A stretch of DNA of 64,000 nucleotides from positions 29,568,001 through 29,632,000 of the forward strand of contig CP086569.2 in the NCBI GenBank assembly GCA_009914755.4, written 5' to 3'. A program made the position numbers and the translations under genes. The notes under the pieces were generated by a model, which saw only the letters and a program-made list of their open reading frames with translations, had not been told where the DNA came from and searched no databases. The DNA is from the human T2T-CHM13v2.0 reference genome, Homo sapiens. Positions 1-13,598 of the stretch are shown here, piece after piece; the stretch's first letter is position 1, and each line of letters begins with the position of its first letter.

Positions 1-176
1 AATGGAATGGAGTGCAGTGCAATGGAATGGAATGGAATGGAATGCAATGGAATGGAATGGAATGGAATGGAATGGAATGGAATGGAATGGGATGGAATGG
101 CATGGAATGGATAGTAATGGACTGGAGTGAAATGGACTGGAAAGGAATGGACTCAAATTGAAAGGGCTCGAAAGGA
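1..176. repeat. partial HOR unit (3' end of the upstream unit, including its near-perfect AATGG core)
   Basis: Matches the last ~176 bp of later units (e.g. 3555-3730). Confidence 0.8.
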
Positions 177-453
177 ATGGAGTCAAATGGAATGGTCTGG
201 AATGGAATGAACACGAATGTAATGCAATCCAATAGAATGGAAACGAATGGCATGGAATATAAAGAAATGGAATCGAAGAGAATGGAAACAAATGGAATGG
301 AATTGAATGGAATGGAATTGAATGGAATGGGAACGAATGGAGTGAAATTGTATGCAGTAGAAGAGAATAGAATGGAATGCAAGCGAAAGGAAAGGAATGG
401 ATTGGAATGGAATGGAATTCATTGGAATGGAAGGGAATGTAGTGTAATGGACA

Positions 454-457
454 GGCC
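454..457. other. the single GGCC (HaeIII) site per HOR unit, first occurrence
   Basis: It lies within gtaatggacaGGCCtggaataaag. The next occurrences are at 4008, 7541 and 10353, tracking the unit lengths 3554, 3533 and 2812. I found no other GGCC in the units I inspected. Confidence 0.7.
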
Positions 458-3400
458 TGGAATAAAGCGGAATGCTACGGTCTCGAATGGAATAAAAATG
501 TATGGAATGGAATGCAATGAAACGGAATCGAATGTCATAGAATGTAATGGAATGCAAAAAAATGGACTCCAAAATCATTGACTGGAAAGGCTGGGTGTCG
601 AAAGGAATTGACTCCAATGGAATGGAATCGAATGGAATGGAAGTGAATAGAATCAAACTAAATCGAATGGAATGGAATTGATAGGAACGGAATGGAAAGG
701 AATGCAATGATTTGGCATGGAATGGAATCGAATGGCATCGAATGGAATGGAATGGAATGCAATGGAATGGAATGTATTAGAATGTAATGAACTTTAATGG
801 AATGTACTCGAATGGATTCGACTGGAATGGAATGTTCTGGAAGTGAATGGACTCCAATGGAATGGATTCAAAAGGAATGGAATCGTGCGGAATGGAATCT
901 AATGGAATGGAATTAAATGGAAATGAATCAAATTGAATAGCACGGAATTGAATTGAATGGAATCGAATGCAATGGAATCTAATGAAACGGAAAGGAAAGG
1001 AATGGAATGGAATGGAATGGGCTGGAATGGAAAGGAATCGAAACGAATGGAATGGAATCGAACTGAAGAGACTGGAATGGAATGCACTGGAATGGAAGGG
1101 AGTGTAATGGAAGGTTCTCGACAAAAATGGAATCGAATGGAATGGAATTGAATGGAACGGAATAGAGTCGAATGGAATTGAATGGAATGGAATGGACTAG
1201 AGTGAAATGGAATCGAACCACAAGGAATGGACAGGAATAGAATGGTCTCGAATTGAATGGAATCGAATGAAATGGCATCAAACGGAATGGAATGTACAGC
1301 CACGGAATGGAATGCACTCGAATGCAATGGAGTCGAAACTAATGGACTGGAATAGAATGGACTCGACTGGTACGGACTCCAATGGAATGGAATCGAATGG
1401 AAGGGAATCGAATGGAATGGACTCGAAGGGAAAAGACTGCAATGGAAAGGTCTCGAATGGAATGGAAATTAATGGAATGGAATGGAATCGAATGAAATGG
1501 AGTCAAAAGGAATGGAATCGAATGGCAAGAAATCGAATGTAATGGAATTGCAAGGAATTGATGTGAACGGAACGGAATGGAATGGAATCCAAAGGAATGG
1601 AATAGAATGGAATGGAATCGAATGGAAAGGACTCGAATGGAAATCACTCGAATAGAATGCAATTTAATAAAATAGGATCAAATGTAATGGAATGGAATGG
1701 AAAGGAATCGAAACGAAAGGAATGGAGACAGATGGAATGGAATGGAACAGAGAGCAATGGTATAGAATGGAATGGAATCATCTGGAATGGAATTGAATGG
1801 AATGGAATAATATGAAATGGAATGGAATGGAATGGAATGCCCTTGAATTAAATGGACTGGAATGGAATGGACTCGAACAGAGTGGAATGGAAAGTGTTGA
1901 GATAGAATGGAATGGACTCCTTTGGAATGGTCTAGTATGCAATGCAATCGACTGGCAGGGAATCAAAAGGAATGTAATCGAATGGATTGGACTGGAATGC
2001 AATGGACTCGAATAGATTGGAAACGGAATGCAAAGGAATGGAATGGAATAGTATGGAATGGAATGGAAAGGAATGGAGTGGAATAGACTAGAGTGGAATG
2101 GAATGGACTCGAAAGCAATGGACTGGAATGGAACTTTCTTGAATGGACTGGAATCAAACGGAATGGAATGCAATGCAATCAAATGGCATGGAATAAAATA
2201 GAATGAAAGAGAATCAAATGGAACTGAATCGAATATAATCGAATGGATTGGAAAGGAATAGAATGGAATGGAATGGAATTGACTCAAATGGAATGGACTA
2301 GAATGGAATGGATTCGAATGGAAGGCAAATGAATGGAATCTATTGGAATGGACTGTAATGGAATGGAATGGAAGGGATTGGAATGGACTCGATTGTAATG
2401 GACTGCAATACAAAGGATGCGAATGGAATGAAAAAGAATTGAATGGAATAGAACAGAATGGAATCAAATCGCATGAAATGGAATGGAATAGAAAGGAATG
2501 GAATGAAATGGAATGGAAAGGATTCGAATGGAATGCAATCGAATGGAATGGAATCGAACGGAATGGAATAAAATGGAAGAAAACTGGCAAGAAATGGAAT
2601 CGAAATGAATGGAGTGTTATGGAACGGACTCAAAAGGAATTGAATGTAATAGAATGGAGTGGAGTGGACTCGAATATAATGGACTTGAATGGAATGAAAT
2701 CACATGGAATGGGAACGAATGGAATCGAATGGAAAGGAATCGAATCGAATGGAAAGGAATCGAATGGAAGGGAATGAAATTGAATCAACAGGAATGGAAG
2801 GGAATAGAATAGACGGTAATGGAATGGACTCGAATAGAATGGACACGAATGCTCAAATTGAATGGACTCGAATGGAATGGAAACGAAAGGAATGTCATCG
2901 AATGGAATTGAATCGATTGGAATGAAATCGCATAGAATGGAGTGGAATCAAATGGAATTGAATCGAAAGGAAAGGAAGCGAATGGACTGAAATGAAATGG
3001 AATGGAATTGAATGGAAAGTAATGCAATGGAATAGAATGGAACGAAATTTCACGGAATGGAATCAAACTGAATGGAATCAAATCAATGGAATCAAATCAA
3101 ATGGAATGGAAAGGAATTGAATGGAGTAGATTGGATTGGATGGGATTGGAATGAAATGTACTGGAAAGGACTCGAATTTCATGAAACGGAATGGAATGAA
3201 TTGGAACGGAATGGACTCGAATGGAATGGAATGTCATGGAATGGCATCAAATGGAATGGCATCAAATGGAATGGAATCGAATGCAATGGAATGCTATGGA
3301 ATGGAATGGAATGCATTGGAATGGAATGTCCTCTAATGGAATGGATTCGAGTGGAATGGAATCGAATATAATGGAGTCGAATGAAATGGAATTGAAAGGA

Positions 3401-3580
3401 ATGGGATCGAATACAATGGAATATACTGGAATGAAATGTAATGAACTCGAATGTAATTGACTGGAATGGAATGTACATGAATGGAATGTAATCGAATGGA
3501 AAGTAATCTAATGGAATAAAATCTAATGCAATAAAATCGACTCAGATAGAGTAGAATGTAATGGAATGGAGTGCAGTGCA

Positions 3581-3650
3581 ATGGAATGGAATGGAATGGA
3601 ATGCAATGGAATGGAATGGAATGGAATGGAATGGAATGGAATGGGATGGA
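3581..3650. repeat. example of the near-perfect (AATGG)n core found at the 3' end of every HOR unit
   Basis: Runs of 6-9 exact AATGG copies, interrupted only by aatgc/aatggg variants. The same feature is seen at 20-100, 7130-7190, 13450-13520, 48885-48975 and elsewhere. Confidence 0.8.
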
Positions 3651-3730
3651 ATGGCATGGAATGGATAGTAATGGACTGGAGTGAAATGGACTGGAAAGGA
3701 ATGGACTCAAATTGAAAGGGCTCGAAAGGA

Positions 3731-6700
3731 ATGGAGTCAAATGGAATGGTCTGGAATGGAATGAACACGAATGTAATGCAATCCAATAGAATGGAATCGA
3801 ATGGCATGGAATATAAAGAAATGGAATCGAAGAGAATGGAAACAAATGGAATGGAATTGAATGGAATTGAATTGAATGGAATGGGAACGAATGGAGTGAA
3901 ATTGTATGCAGTAGAAGAGAATAGAATGGAATGCAAGCGAAAGGAAAGGAATGGATTGGAATGGAATGGAATTCATTGGAATGGAAGGGAATGTAGTGTA
4001 ATGGACAGGCCTGGAATAAAGCGGAATGCTACGGTCTCGAATGGAATAAAAATGTATGGAATGGAATGCAATGAAACGGAATCGAATGTCATAGAATGTA
4101 ATGGAATGCAAAAAAATGGACTCCAAAATCATTGACTGGAAAGGCTGGGTGTCGAAAGGAATTGACTCCAATGGAATGGAATCGAATGGAATGGAAGTGA
4201 ATAGAATCGAACTAAATCGAATGGAATGGAATTGATAGGAACGGAATGGAAAGCAATGCAATGATTTGGCATGGAATGGAATCGAATGGCATCGAATGGA
4301 ATGGAATGGAATGCAATGGAATGGAATGTATTAGAAGGTAATGAACTTTAATGGAATGTCCTCGAATGGATTCGACTGTAATGGAATGTTCTGGAAGTGA
4401 ATGAACTCCAATGGAATGGATTCAAAAGGAATGGAATCGTACGGAATGGAATCTAATGGAATGGAATTAAATGGAAATGAATCAAATTGAATAGCACGGA
4501 ATTGAATTGAATGGAATCAAATGCAATGGAATCTAATGAAACGGAAAGGAAAGGAATGGAATGGAATGGAATGGGCTGGAATGGAAAGGAATCGAAACGA
4601 ATGGAATGGAATCGAACTGAAGAGACTGGAATGGAATGCACTGGAATGGAAGGGAGTGTAATGGAAGGTTCTCGACAAAAATGGAATCGAATGGAATGGA
4701 ATTGAATGGAACGGAATAGAGTCGAATGGAATTGAATGGAATGGAATGGACTAGAGTGAAATGGAATCGAACCACAAGGAATGGACAGGAATAGAATGGT
4801 CTCGAATTGAATGGAATCGTATGGAATGGCATCAAACGGAATGGAATGGACAGCCACGGAATGGAATGCACTCGAATGCAATGGAGTCGAAACTAGTGGA
4901 CTGGAATAGAATGGACTTGACTGGTACGGACTCGAAAGGAATGGAATCGAATGGAAGGGAATCGAACGGAATGGACTCGAAGGGAAAAGACTGCAATGGA
5001 AAGGTCTCGAATGGAATGGAAATTAATGGAATGGAATGGAATCGAATGAAATGGAGTCAAAAGGAATGGAATCGATTGGCAAGAAATCGAATGTAATGGA
5101 ATCGCTAGGAATTGATGTGAACGGAACGGAATGGAATGGAATCCAAAGGAATGGAATAGAATGGAATGGAATAGAATGGAAAGGACTCGAATGGAAATCA
5201 CTCGAATAGAATGCAATTTAATAAAATAGGATCAAATGTAATGGAATGGAATGGAAAGGAATCGAAACGAAAGGAATGGAGACAGATGGAATGGAATGGA
5301 ACAGAGAGCAATGGTATTGAATGGAATGGAATCATCTGGAATGGAATTGAATGGAATGGAATAATATGAAATGGAATTGAATGGAATGGAATGGAATGCC
5401 CTTGAATTAAATGGACTGGAATGGAATGGACTCGAACAGAGTGGAATGGAAAGTGTTGAAATAGAATGGAATGGACTGCTTTGGAATGGTCTAGTATGCA
5501 ATGCAATCGACTGGCAGGGAATCAAAAGGAATGTAATCGAATGGATTGGACTGGAATGCAATGGACTCGAATAGATTGGAAACGGAATGCAAAGGAATGG
5601 AATGGAATAGTATGGAATGGAATGGAAAGGAATGGAGTGGAATAGACTAGAGTGGAATGGAATGGACTCGAAAGCAATGGACTGGAATGGAACTTTCTTG
5701 AATGGACTGGAATCAAATGAATGGAATGCAATGCAATCAAATGGCATGGAATAAAATAGAATGAAAGAGAATCAAATGGAATTGAATCGAATGGAATCGA
5801 ATGGATTGGAAAGGAATAGAATGGAATGGAATGGAATGGACTAGAATGGAATGGATTCGAATGGAAGGCAAAGGAATGGAATCTATTGGAATGGTCTGTA
5901 ATGGAATGGAATGGAAGGGATTGGAATGGACTCGAATTGAATGGACTGCAATAGAAAGGATGCGAATGGAATGAAAAAGAATTGAATGGAATAGAACAGA
6001 ATGGAATCAAATCGCATGAAATGGAATGGAATAGAAAGGAATGGAATGAAATGGATTGGAAAGGATTCGAATGGAATGCAATCGAATGGAATGGAATCGA
6101 ACGGAATGGAATAAAATGGAAGAAAACTGGCAAGAAATGGAATCGAAATGAATGGAGTGTTATGGAACGGACTCAAAAGGAATTGAATGTAATAGAATGG
6201 AGTGGAGTGGACTCGAATATAATGGACTGGAATGGAATGAAATCACATGGAATGGGAACGAATGGAATGGAATGGAAATGAATGGAATCGAATGGAAAGG
6301 AATCGAATGGAAGGGAATGAAATTGAATCAACAGGAATGGAAGGGAATAGAATAGACGGTAATGGAATGGACTCGAATAGAATGGACACGAATGCTCAAA
6401 TTGAATGGACTCGAATGGAATGAAAAGGAAAGGAATGTCATCGAATGGAATTGAATCGATTGGAATGAAATCGCATAGAATGGAGTGGAATCAAAGGGAA
6501 TTGAATCGAAAGGAAAGGAAGCGAATGGACTGAAATGAAATGGAATGGAATTGAATGGAAAGTAATGCAATGGAAGAGAATGGAAGGAAATTTCACGGAA
6601 TGGAATCAAACTGAATGGAATCAAATCAATGGAATATAATCAAATGGAATGGAAAGGAATTGAATGGAGTAGATGGGATTGGATGGGATTGGAATGAAAT

Positions 6701-7263
6701 GTACTGGAAAGGACTCGAATTTCATGAAACGGAATGGAATGAATTGGAACGGAATGGACTCGAATAGAATGGAATGTCATGGAATGGCATCAAATGGAAT
6801 GGCATCAAATGGAATGGAATCGAATGCAATGGAATGCTATGGAATGGAATGGAATGCATTCGAATGGAATGTCCTCTAATGGAATGCATTCGAGTGGAAT
6901 GGAATCGAATATAATGGAGTCGAATGAAATGGAATTGAAAGGAATGGGATCGAATACAATGGAATATACTGGAATGTAAGGTAATGAACTCGAATGTAAT
7001 TGACTGGAATGGAATGTACATGAATGAAATGTAATCGAATGGAAAGTAATCCAATGGAATAGAATCTAATGCAATAAAATCGACTCAGATAGAGTAGAAT
7101 GTAATGGAATGGAGTGCAGTGCAATGGAATGGAATGGAATGGAATGCAATGGAATGGAATGGAATGGAATGGAATGGGATGGAATGGTATGGAATGGATA
7201 GTAATGGACTGGAGTGAAATGGACTGGAAAGGAATGGACTCAAATTGAAAGGGCTCGAAAGGA
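3731..7263. repeat. HOR unit U2 (3533 bp)
   Basis: Anchor-to-anchor spacing. Nearly identical ORF-track peptides to U1. Confidence 0.85.
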
Positions 7264-10075
7264 ATGGAGACAAATGGAATGGTCTGGAATGGAATGAACA
7301 CGAATGTAATGCAATCCAATAGAATGGAGTCGAATGGCATGGAATATAAAGAAATGGAATCGAAGAGAATGGAAACAAATGGAATGGAATTGAATGGAAT
7401 GGAATTGAATGGAATGGGAACGAATGGAGTGAAATTTTATGCAGTAGAAGAGAATAGAATGGAATGCAAGCGAAAGGAAAGGAATGGATTGGAATGGAAT
7501 GGAATTCATTGGAATGGAAGGGAATGTAGTGTAATGGACAGGCCTGGAATAAAGTGGAATGCTACGGTCTCGAATGGAATAAAAATGTATGGAATGGAAT
7601 GCAATGAAACGGAATCGAATGTCATAGAATGTAATGGAATGCAAAAAAATGGACTCCAAAATCATTGACTGGAAAGGCTGGGTGTCGAAAGGAATTGACT
7701 CCAATGGAATGGAATCGAATGGAATGGAAGTGAATAGAATCGAACTAAATCGAATGGAATGGAATTGATAGGAACGGAATGGAAAGGAATGCAATGATTT
7801 GGCATGGAATGGAATCGAATGGCATCGAATGGAATGGAATGGAATGCAATGGAATGGAATGTATTAGAATGTAATGAACTTTAATGGAATGTACTCGAAT
7901 GGATTCGACTGGAATGGAATGTTGTGGAAGTGAATGGACTCCAATGGAATGGATTCAAAAGGAATGGAATCGTGCCGAATGGAATCTAATGGAATGGAAT
8001 TAAATGGAAATAAATCAAATTGAATAGCACGGAATTGAATTGAATGGAATCGAATGCAATGGAATCTAATGAAACGGAAAGGAAAGGAATGGAATGGAAT
8101 GGAATGGGCTGGAATGGAAAGGAATCGAAACGAATGGAATGGAATCGAACTGAAGAGACTGGAATGGAATGCACTGGAATGGAAGGGAGTGTAATGGAAG
8201 GTTCTCGACAAAAATGGAATCGAATGGAATGGAATTGAATGGAACGGAATAGAGTCGAATGGAATTGAATGGAATGGAATGGACTAGAGTGAAATGGAAT
8301 CGAACCACAAGGAATGGACAGGAATAGAATGGTCTCGAATTGAATGGAATCGTATGGAATGGCATCAAACGGAATGGAATGGACAGCCACGGAATGGAAT
8401 GCACTCGAATGCAATGGAGTCGAAACTAATGGACTGGAATAGAATGGACTCGACTGGTACGGACTCCAAAGGAATGGAATCGAATGGAAGGGAATCGAAC
8501 GGAATGGACTCGAAGGGAAAAGACTGCAATGGAAAGGTCTCGAATGGAATGGAAATTAATGGAATGGAATGGAATCGAATGAAATGGAGTCAAAAGGAAT
8601 GGAATCGAATGGCAAGAAATCGAATGTAATGGAATCGCAAGGAATTGATGTGAAGGGAACGGAATGGAATGGAATCCAAAGGAATGGAATAGAATGGAAT
8701 GGAATCGAATGGAAAGGACTCGAATGGAAATCACTCGAATAGAATGCAATTTAATAAAATAGGATCAAATGTAATGGAATGGAATGGAAAGGAATCGAAA
8801 CGAAAGGAATGGAGACAGATGGAATGGAATGGAACAGAGAGCAATGGTATAGAATGGAATGGAATCATCTGGAATGGAATTGAATGGAATGGAATAATAT
8901 GAAATGGAATGGAATGGAATGGAATGCCCTTGAATTAAATGGACTGGAATGGAATGGACTCGAACAGAGTGGAATGGAAAGTGTTGAGATAGAATGGAAT
9001 GGACTCCTTTGGAATGGTCTAGTATGCAATGCAATCGACTGGCAGGGAATCAAAAGGAATGTAATCGAATGGATTGGACTGGAATGCAATGGACTCGAAT
9101 AGATTGGAAACGGAATGCAAAGGAATGGAATGGAATAGTATGGAATGGAATGGAAAGGAATGGAGTGGAATAGACTAGAGTGCAATGGAATGGACTGGAA
9201 AGCAATGGACTGGAATGGAACTTTCTTGAATGGACTGGAATCAAACGGAATGGAATGCAATGCAATCAAATGGCATGGAATAAAATAGAATGAAAGAGAA
9301 TCAAATGGAATTGAATCGAATGGAATCGAATGGATTGGAAAGGAATAGAATGGAATGGAATGGAATTGACTCAAATGGAATGGACTAGAATGGAATGGAT
9401 TCGAATGGAAGGCAAATGAATGGAATGTATTGGAATGGACTGTAATGGAATGGAATGGAAGGGATTGGAATGGACTCGAATGTAATGGACAGCAATAGAA
9501 AGGATGCGAATGGAATGAAAAAGAATTGAATGGAATAGAACAGAATGGAATCAAATCGCATGAAATGGAATGGAATAGAAAGGAATGGAATGAAATGGAA
9601 TGGAAAGGATTCTAATGGAATGCAATCGAATGGAATGGAATCGAACGGAATGGAATAAAATGGAAGAAAACTGGCAAGAAATGGAATCGAAATGAATGGA
9701 GTGTTATGGAACGGACTCAAAAGGAATTGAATGTAATAGAATGGAGTGGAGTGGACTCGAATATAATGGACTGGAATGGAATGAAATCACATGGAATGGG
9801 AACGAATGGAATGGAATGGAAAGGAATGGAATCGAATGGAAAGGAATCGAATGGAAGGGAATGAAATTGAATCAACAGGAATGGAAGGGAATAGAATAGA
9901 CGGTAATGGAATGGACTCGAATAGAATGGACACGAAAGGAATGTCATCGAATGGAATTGAATCGATTGGAATGAAATCGCTTAGAATGGAGTGGAATCAA
10001 ATGGAATTGAATCGAAAGCAAAGGAAGCGAATGGACTGAAATGAAATGGAGTCAAATTGAAAGGGCTCGAAAGGA
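7264..10075. repeat. HOR unit U3 (2812 bp), internal deletion variant
   Basis: Lacks about 728 bp relative to its neighbours. A ~38-bp piece is missing near 9926 (cacgaa|aggaatgtcatcg). A ~690-bp piece is missing at the junction near 10048 (gaaatgga|gtcaaattgaaagggctcg), corresponding to about 6548-7237 of U2. Confidence 0.85.
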
Positions 10076-13000
10076 ATGGAGTCAAATGGAGTGGTCTGGA
10101 ATGGAATGAACACGAATGTAATGCAATCCAATAGAATGGAATCTAATGGCATGGAATATAAAGAAATGGAATCGAAGAGAATGGAAACAAATGGAATGGA
10201 ATTGAATGGAATGGAATTGAATGGAATGGGGACGAAAGGAGTGAAACTGTATGCAGTAGAAGAGAATAGAATGGAATGCAAGCGAAAGGAAAGAATGGAT
10301 TGGAATGGAATGGAATTCATTGGAATGGAAGGGAATGTAGTGTAATGGACAGGCCTGGAATAAAGCGGAATGCTACGGTCTCGAATGGAATAAAAATGTA
10401 TGGAATGGAATGCAATGAAACGGAATCGAATGTCATAGATTGTAATGGAATGCAAAAAAATGGACTCCAAAATCATTGACTGGAAAGGCTGGGTGTCGAA
10501 AGGAATTGACTCCAATGGAATGGAATCGAATGGAATGGAAGTGAATAGAATCAAACTAAATCGAATGGAATGGAATTGATAGGAACGGAATGGAAAGGAA
10601 TGCAATGATTTGGCATGGAATGGAATCGAATGGCATCGAATGGAATGGAATGGAATGCAATGGAATGGAATGTATTAGAATGTAATGAACTTTAATGGAA
10701 TGTACTCGAATGGATTCGACTGGAATGGAATGTTCTGGAAGTGAATGGACTCCAATGGAATGGATTCAAAAGGAATGGAATCGTGCGGAATGGAATCTAA
10801 TGGAATGGAATTAAATGGAAATGAATCAAATTGAATAGCACGGAATTGAATTGAATGGAATCGAATGCAATGGAATCTAATGAAACGGAAAGGAAAGGAA
10901 TGGAATGGAATGGAATGGGCTGGAATGGAAAGGAATCGAAACGAATGGAATGGAATCGAACTGAAGAGACTGGAATGGAATGCACTGGAATGGAAGGGAG
11001 TGTAATGGAAGGTTCTCGAAAAAAATGGAATCGAATGGAATGGAATTGAATGGAACGGAATAGAGTGGAATGGAATTGAATGGAATGGAATGGACTAGAG
11101 TGAAATGGAATCGAACCACAAGGAATGGACAGGAATAGAATGGTCTCGAATTGAATGGAATCGTATGGAATGGCATCAAACGGAATGGAATGGACAGCCA
11201 CGGAATGGAATGCACTCGAATGCAATGGAGTCGAAACTAATGGACTGGAATAGAATGGACTCGACTGGTACGGACTCCAATGGAATGGAATCGAATGGAA
11301 GGGAATCGAACGGAATGGACTCGAAGGGAAAAGACTGCAATGGAAAGGTCTCGAATGGAATGGAAATTAATGGAATGGAATGGAATCGAATGAAATGGAG
11401 TCAAAAGGAATGGAATCGAATGGCAAGAAATCGAATGTAATGGAATCGCAAGGAATTGATGTGAACGGAACGGAATGGAATGGAATCCAAAGGAATGGAA
11501 TAGAATGGAATGGAATCGAATGGAAAGGACTCGAATGGAAATCACTCGAATAGAATGGAATTTAATAAAATAGGATCAAATGTAATGGAATGGAATGGAA
11601 AGGAATCGAAACGAAAGGAATGGAGACAGATGGAATGGAATGGAACAGAGAGCAATGGTATAGAATGGAATGGAATCATCTGGAATGGAATTGAATGGAA
11701 TGGAATAATATGAAATGGAACGGAATGGAATGGAATGCCCTTGAATTAAATGGACTGGAATAGAATGGACTCGAACAGAGTGGAATGGAAAGTGTTGAGA
11801 TAGAATGGAATGGACTCCTTTGGAATGGTCTAGTATGCAATGCAATCGACTGGCAGGGAATCAAAAGGAATGTAATGGAATGGATTGGACTGAAATGCAA
11901 TGGACTCGAATAGATTGGAAACGGAATGCAAAGGAATGGAATGGAATAGAATGGAATGGAATGGAAAGGAATGGAGTGGAATAGACTAGAGTGGAATGGA
12001 ACGGACTGGAAAGCAATGGACTGGAATGGAACTTTCTTGAATGGACTGGAATCAAACGGAATGGAATGCAATGCAATCAAATGGCATGGAATAAAATAGA
12101 ATGAAAGAGAATCAAATGGAATTGAATCGAATGGAATCGAATGGATTGGAAAGGAATAGAATGGAATGGAATGGAATTGACTCAAATGGAATGGACTAGA
12201 ATGGAATGGATTCGAATGGAAGGCAAAGGAATGGAATCTATTGGAATGGACTGTAATGGAATGGAATGGAAGGGATTGGAATGGACTGCAATAGAAAGGA
12301 TTCGAATGGAATGAAAAAGAATTGAATGGAATAGAACAGAATGGAATCAAATCGAATGAAATGGAATGGAATAGAAAGGAATGGAATGAAATGGAATGGA
12401 AAGGATTCGAATGGAATGCAATCGAATGGAATGGAATCGAACGGAATGGAATAAAATGGAAGAAAACTGGCAAGAAATGGAATCGAAATGAATGGAGTGT
12501 TATGGAACGGACTCAAAAGGAATTGAATGTAATAGAATGGAGTGGAGTGGACTCGAATATAATGGACTGGAATGTAATGAAATCACATGGAATGGGAACG
12601 AATGGAATGGAATGGAAATGAATGGAATCGAATGGAAAGGAATCGAATGGAAGGGAATGAAATTGAATCAACAGGAATGGAAGGGAATAGAATAGACGGT
12701 AATGGAATGGACTCGAATAGAATGGACACGAATGCTCAAATTGAATGGACTCGAATGGAATGGAAACGAAAGGAATGTCATCGAATGGAATTGAATCGAT
12801 TGGAATGAAATCGCATAGAATGGAGTGGAATCAAATGGAATTGAATCGAAAGGAAAGGAAGCGAATGGACTGAAATGAAATGGAATGGAATTGAATGGAA
12901 AGTAACGCAATGGAAGAGAATGGAACGAAATTTCACGGAATGGAATCAAACTGAATGGAATGAAATCAATGGAATATAATGAAATGGAATGGAAAGGAAT

Positions 13001-13598
13001 TGAATGGAATAGATTGGATTGGATGGGATTGGAATGAAATGTACTGGAAAGGACTCGAATTTCATGAAACGGAATGGAATGAATTGGAGCGGAATGGACT
13101 CGAATGGAATGGAATGTCATGGAATGGCATCAAATGGAATGGAATCGAATGCAATGGAATGCTATGGAATGGAATGGAATGCATTGGAATGGAATGTCCT
13201 CTAATGGAATGGATTCGAGTGGAATGAAATCGAATATAATGGAGTCGAATGAAATGGAATTGAAAGCAATGGGTTCGAATACAATGGAATATACTGGAAT
13301 GTAAGGTAATGAACTCGTATGTAATTGACTGGAATGGAATGTACATGAACGGAATGTAATCGAATGGAAAGTAATCCAATGGAATAGAATCTAATGCAAT
13401 AAAATCGACTCAGATAGAGTAGAATGTAATGGAATGGAGTGCAGTGCAATGGAATGGAATGGAATGGAATGCAATGGAATGGAATGGAATGGAATGGAAT
13501 GGAATGGAATGGGATGGAATGGTATGGAATGGATAGTAATGGACTGGAGTGAAATGGACTGGAAAGGAATGGACTCAAATTGAAAGGGCTCGAAAGGA
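10076..13598. repeat. HOR unit U4 (3523 bp), D-type
   Basis: Anchor spacing. Shares private markers with U15: the HFFREP and SRKKWN peptide variants and the same ~30 bp of missing sequence. Confidence 0.8.

Larger units (their letters stand above)
177..3730. repeat. HOR unit U1 (3554 bp)
   Basis: The anchor motif aaaggaATGGAGTCAAATGGAATGGTCTGG recurs at 177, 3731, 7264 and onward. Units U1-U3 share the tgcgaatgg marker (2421, 5961, 9501) that later units lack. Confidence 0.85.

Noticed and set aside
405-430. A heat-shock-element-like motif (ggaatggaattcattggaatgg), considered because HSF1 drives SatIII transcription
   Set aside because: Tandem GGAAT units are direct nGAAn repeats, not the alternating inverted nGAAnnTTCn arrangement of a canonical heat-shock element. 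The single GAATTC does not restore the register, and no discrete promoter can be defined from sequence alone.
570-626. A possible transposable-element fragment or foreign insertion in the non-pentameric island
   Set aside because: The island is present at the same phase in all 18 units and diverges no more than the surrounding satellite, so it is an ancestral part of the HOR and not an insertion.
9900-10075. The U3 junction as a possible assembly artefact or collapse
   Set aside because: Both junctions fall at microhomologies typical of in-vivo deletion, and flanking unit spacing is otherwise regular. It cannot be excluded without read-level data, so I report it as a real variant unit with a caveat.
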